Source: Balanoglossus misakiensis (lineage: Eukaryota > Animalia > Hemichordata). Taken from it: DNA of 64,000 bases. The position numbers and the translations under genes are program-made. Below, one piece after another: positions 63,400-64,000 of the stretch. Location: contig CM082597.2 in the NCBI GenBank assembly GCA_040954595.2, positions 7,031,849 to 7,095,848 on the forward strand. Direction: 5' to 3'. A model generated the notes under the pieces. The model saw only the letters and a program-made list of their open reading frames with translations, ran no database searches and was not told the DNA's origin. Numbering within the stretch: position 1 is the first letter of the stretch; each line of letters opens with the position of its first letter.

Positions 63400-64000
63400 A
63401 AACAAGTATGCGCAAAACAAAAAGATGGTAAACCTGTGTTCAGGTATTGTAAATAAACATATTTACGTCAAATTGGATCATGTAAGCTTTGTCTCCAAAT
63501 TCAGTCAAACTATTATTAAACAATAGTGTATGGAGTTGCATGCAGAGAAATTTATTGGACTATGTACCGGCTTAAACTGTCCAAAGAAGTTGTTTGATGA
63601 ACAATATTTCCATAATCCCTGTGAGAATCATGACAGCTGGGGTAAAAAATAAAATACTGAAAATTTCTTCTTTTTTATTAATATTTTATTTACAATTTTC
63701 CAAATAATATACAATGAAATCTGACAGTTATATGTAAAATTCAAGCAACAATTGTATTCAAAATTTTGTACATTAAAAGAAAAATTGCATGACAGTGATT
63801 TATGAAACATGACAATCTTTTCACAACATATATAAAAATAACAGATTAGGAAATTAGTTCCGGAAAACAATCTTACATTGACAAAAATAATAAACATACA
63901 TTATAGAAAATACAAGAAATTATGAAATACTAGTATGGCAATGATTTGAATACTTGTGCTGAAATCCTTGAAATATTATAATAATTGCTAGTTCATTATA
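63400..64000. repeat. Duplicate of the NLR 3' flank (48975-49575), running off the window
   Basis: Near-identical direct copy. Confidence 0.9.

Overview
AT-rich, intron-containing animal DNA; a marine invertebrate, possibly a hemichordate or echinoderm, is my low-confidence guess. It looks like an innate-immune or recognition locus. (i) Minus strand: a tandem array of Ig-domain receptor tyrosine kinase-like genes. Copy A (<1-10.9 kb) runs off the left edge, copy B (14.6-26.9 kb) is complete with a pseudokinase, and copy C (27.5-30.0 kb) is an orphan 5' cassette of promoter, leader, V, Ig2 and Ig3. Their N-terminal V-type Ig exons differ sharply in loop regions while most other exons are near-identical. 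(ii) Plus strand: a divergently transcribed distant paralogue D (35.2-44.7 kb) with 6 Ig domains, a TM helix, a consensus ITAM and an atypical kinase (HGD/NFG). (iii) Minus strand: a DED-NACHT NLR gene (50.2-59.2 kb) whose 5.9-kb exon encodes ~150-165-aa super-repeats. Mobile DNA includes a frameshifted Penelope-like retroelement with three hammerhead ribozyme motifs in a (CATA)n tract, an L2-like 3' fragment and many MITEs. Gene models were built by eye from splice signals, exon phase and paralogue comparison; no database search was possible.
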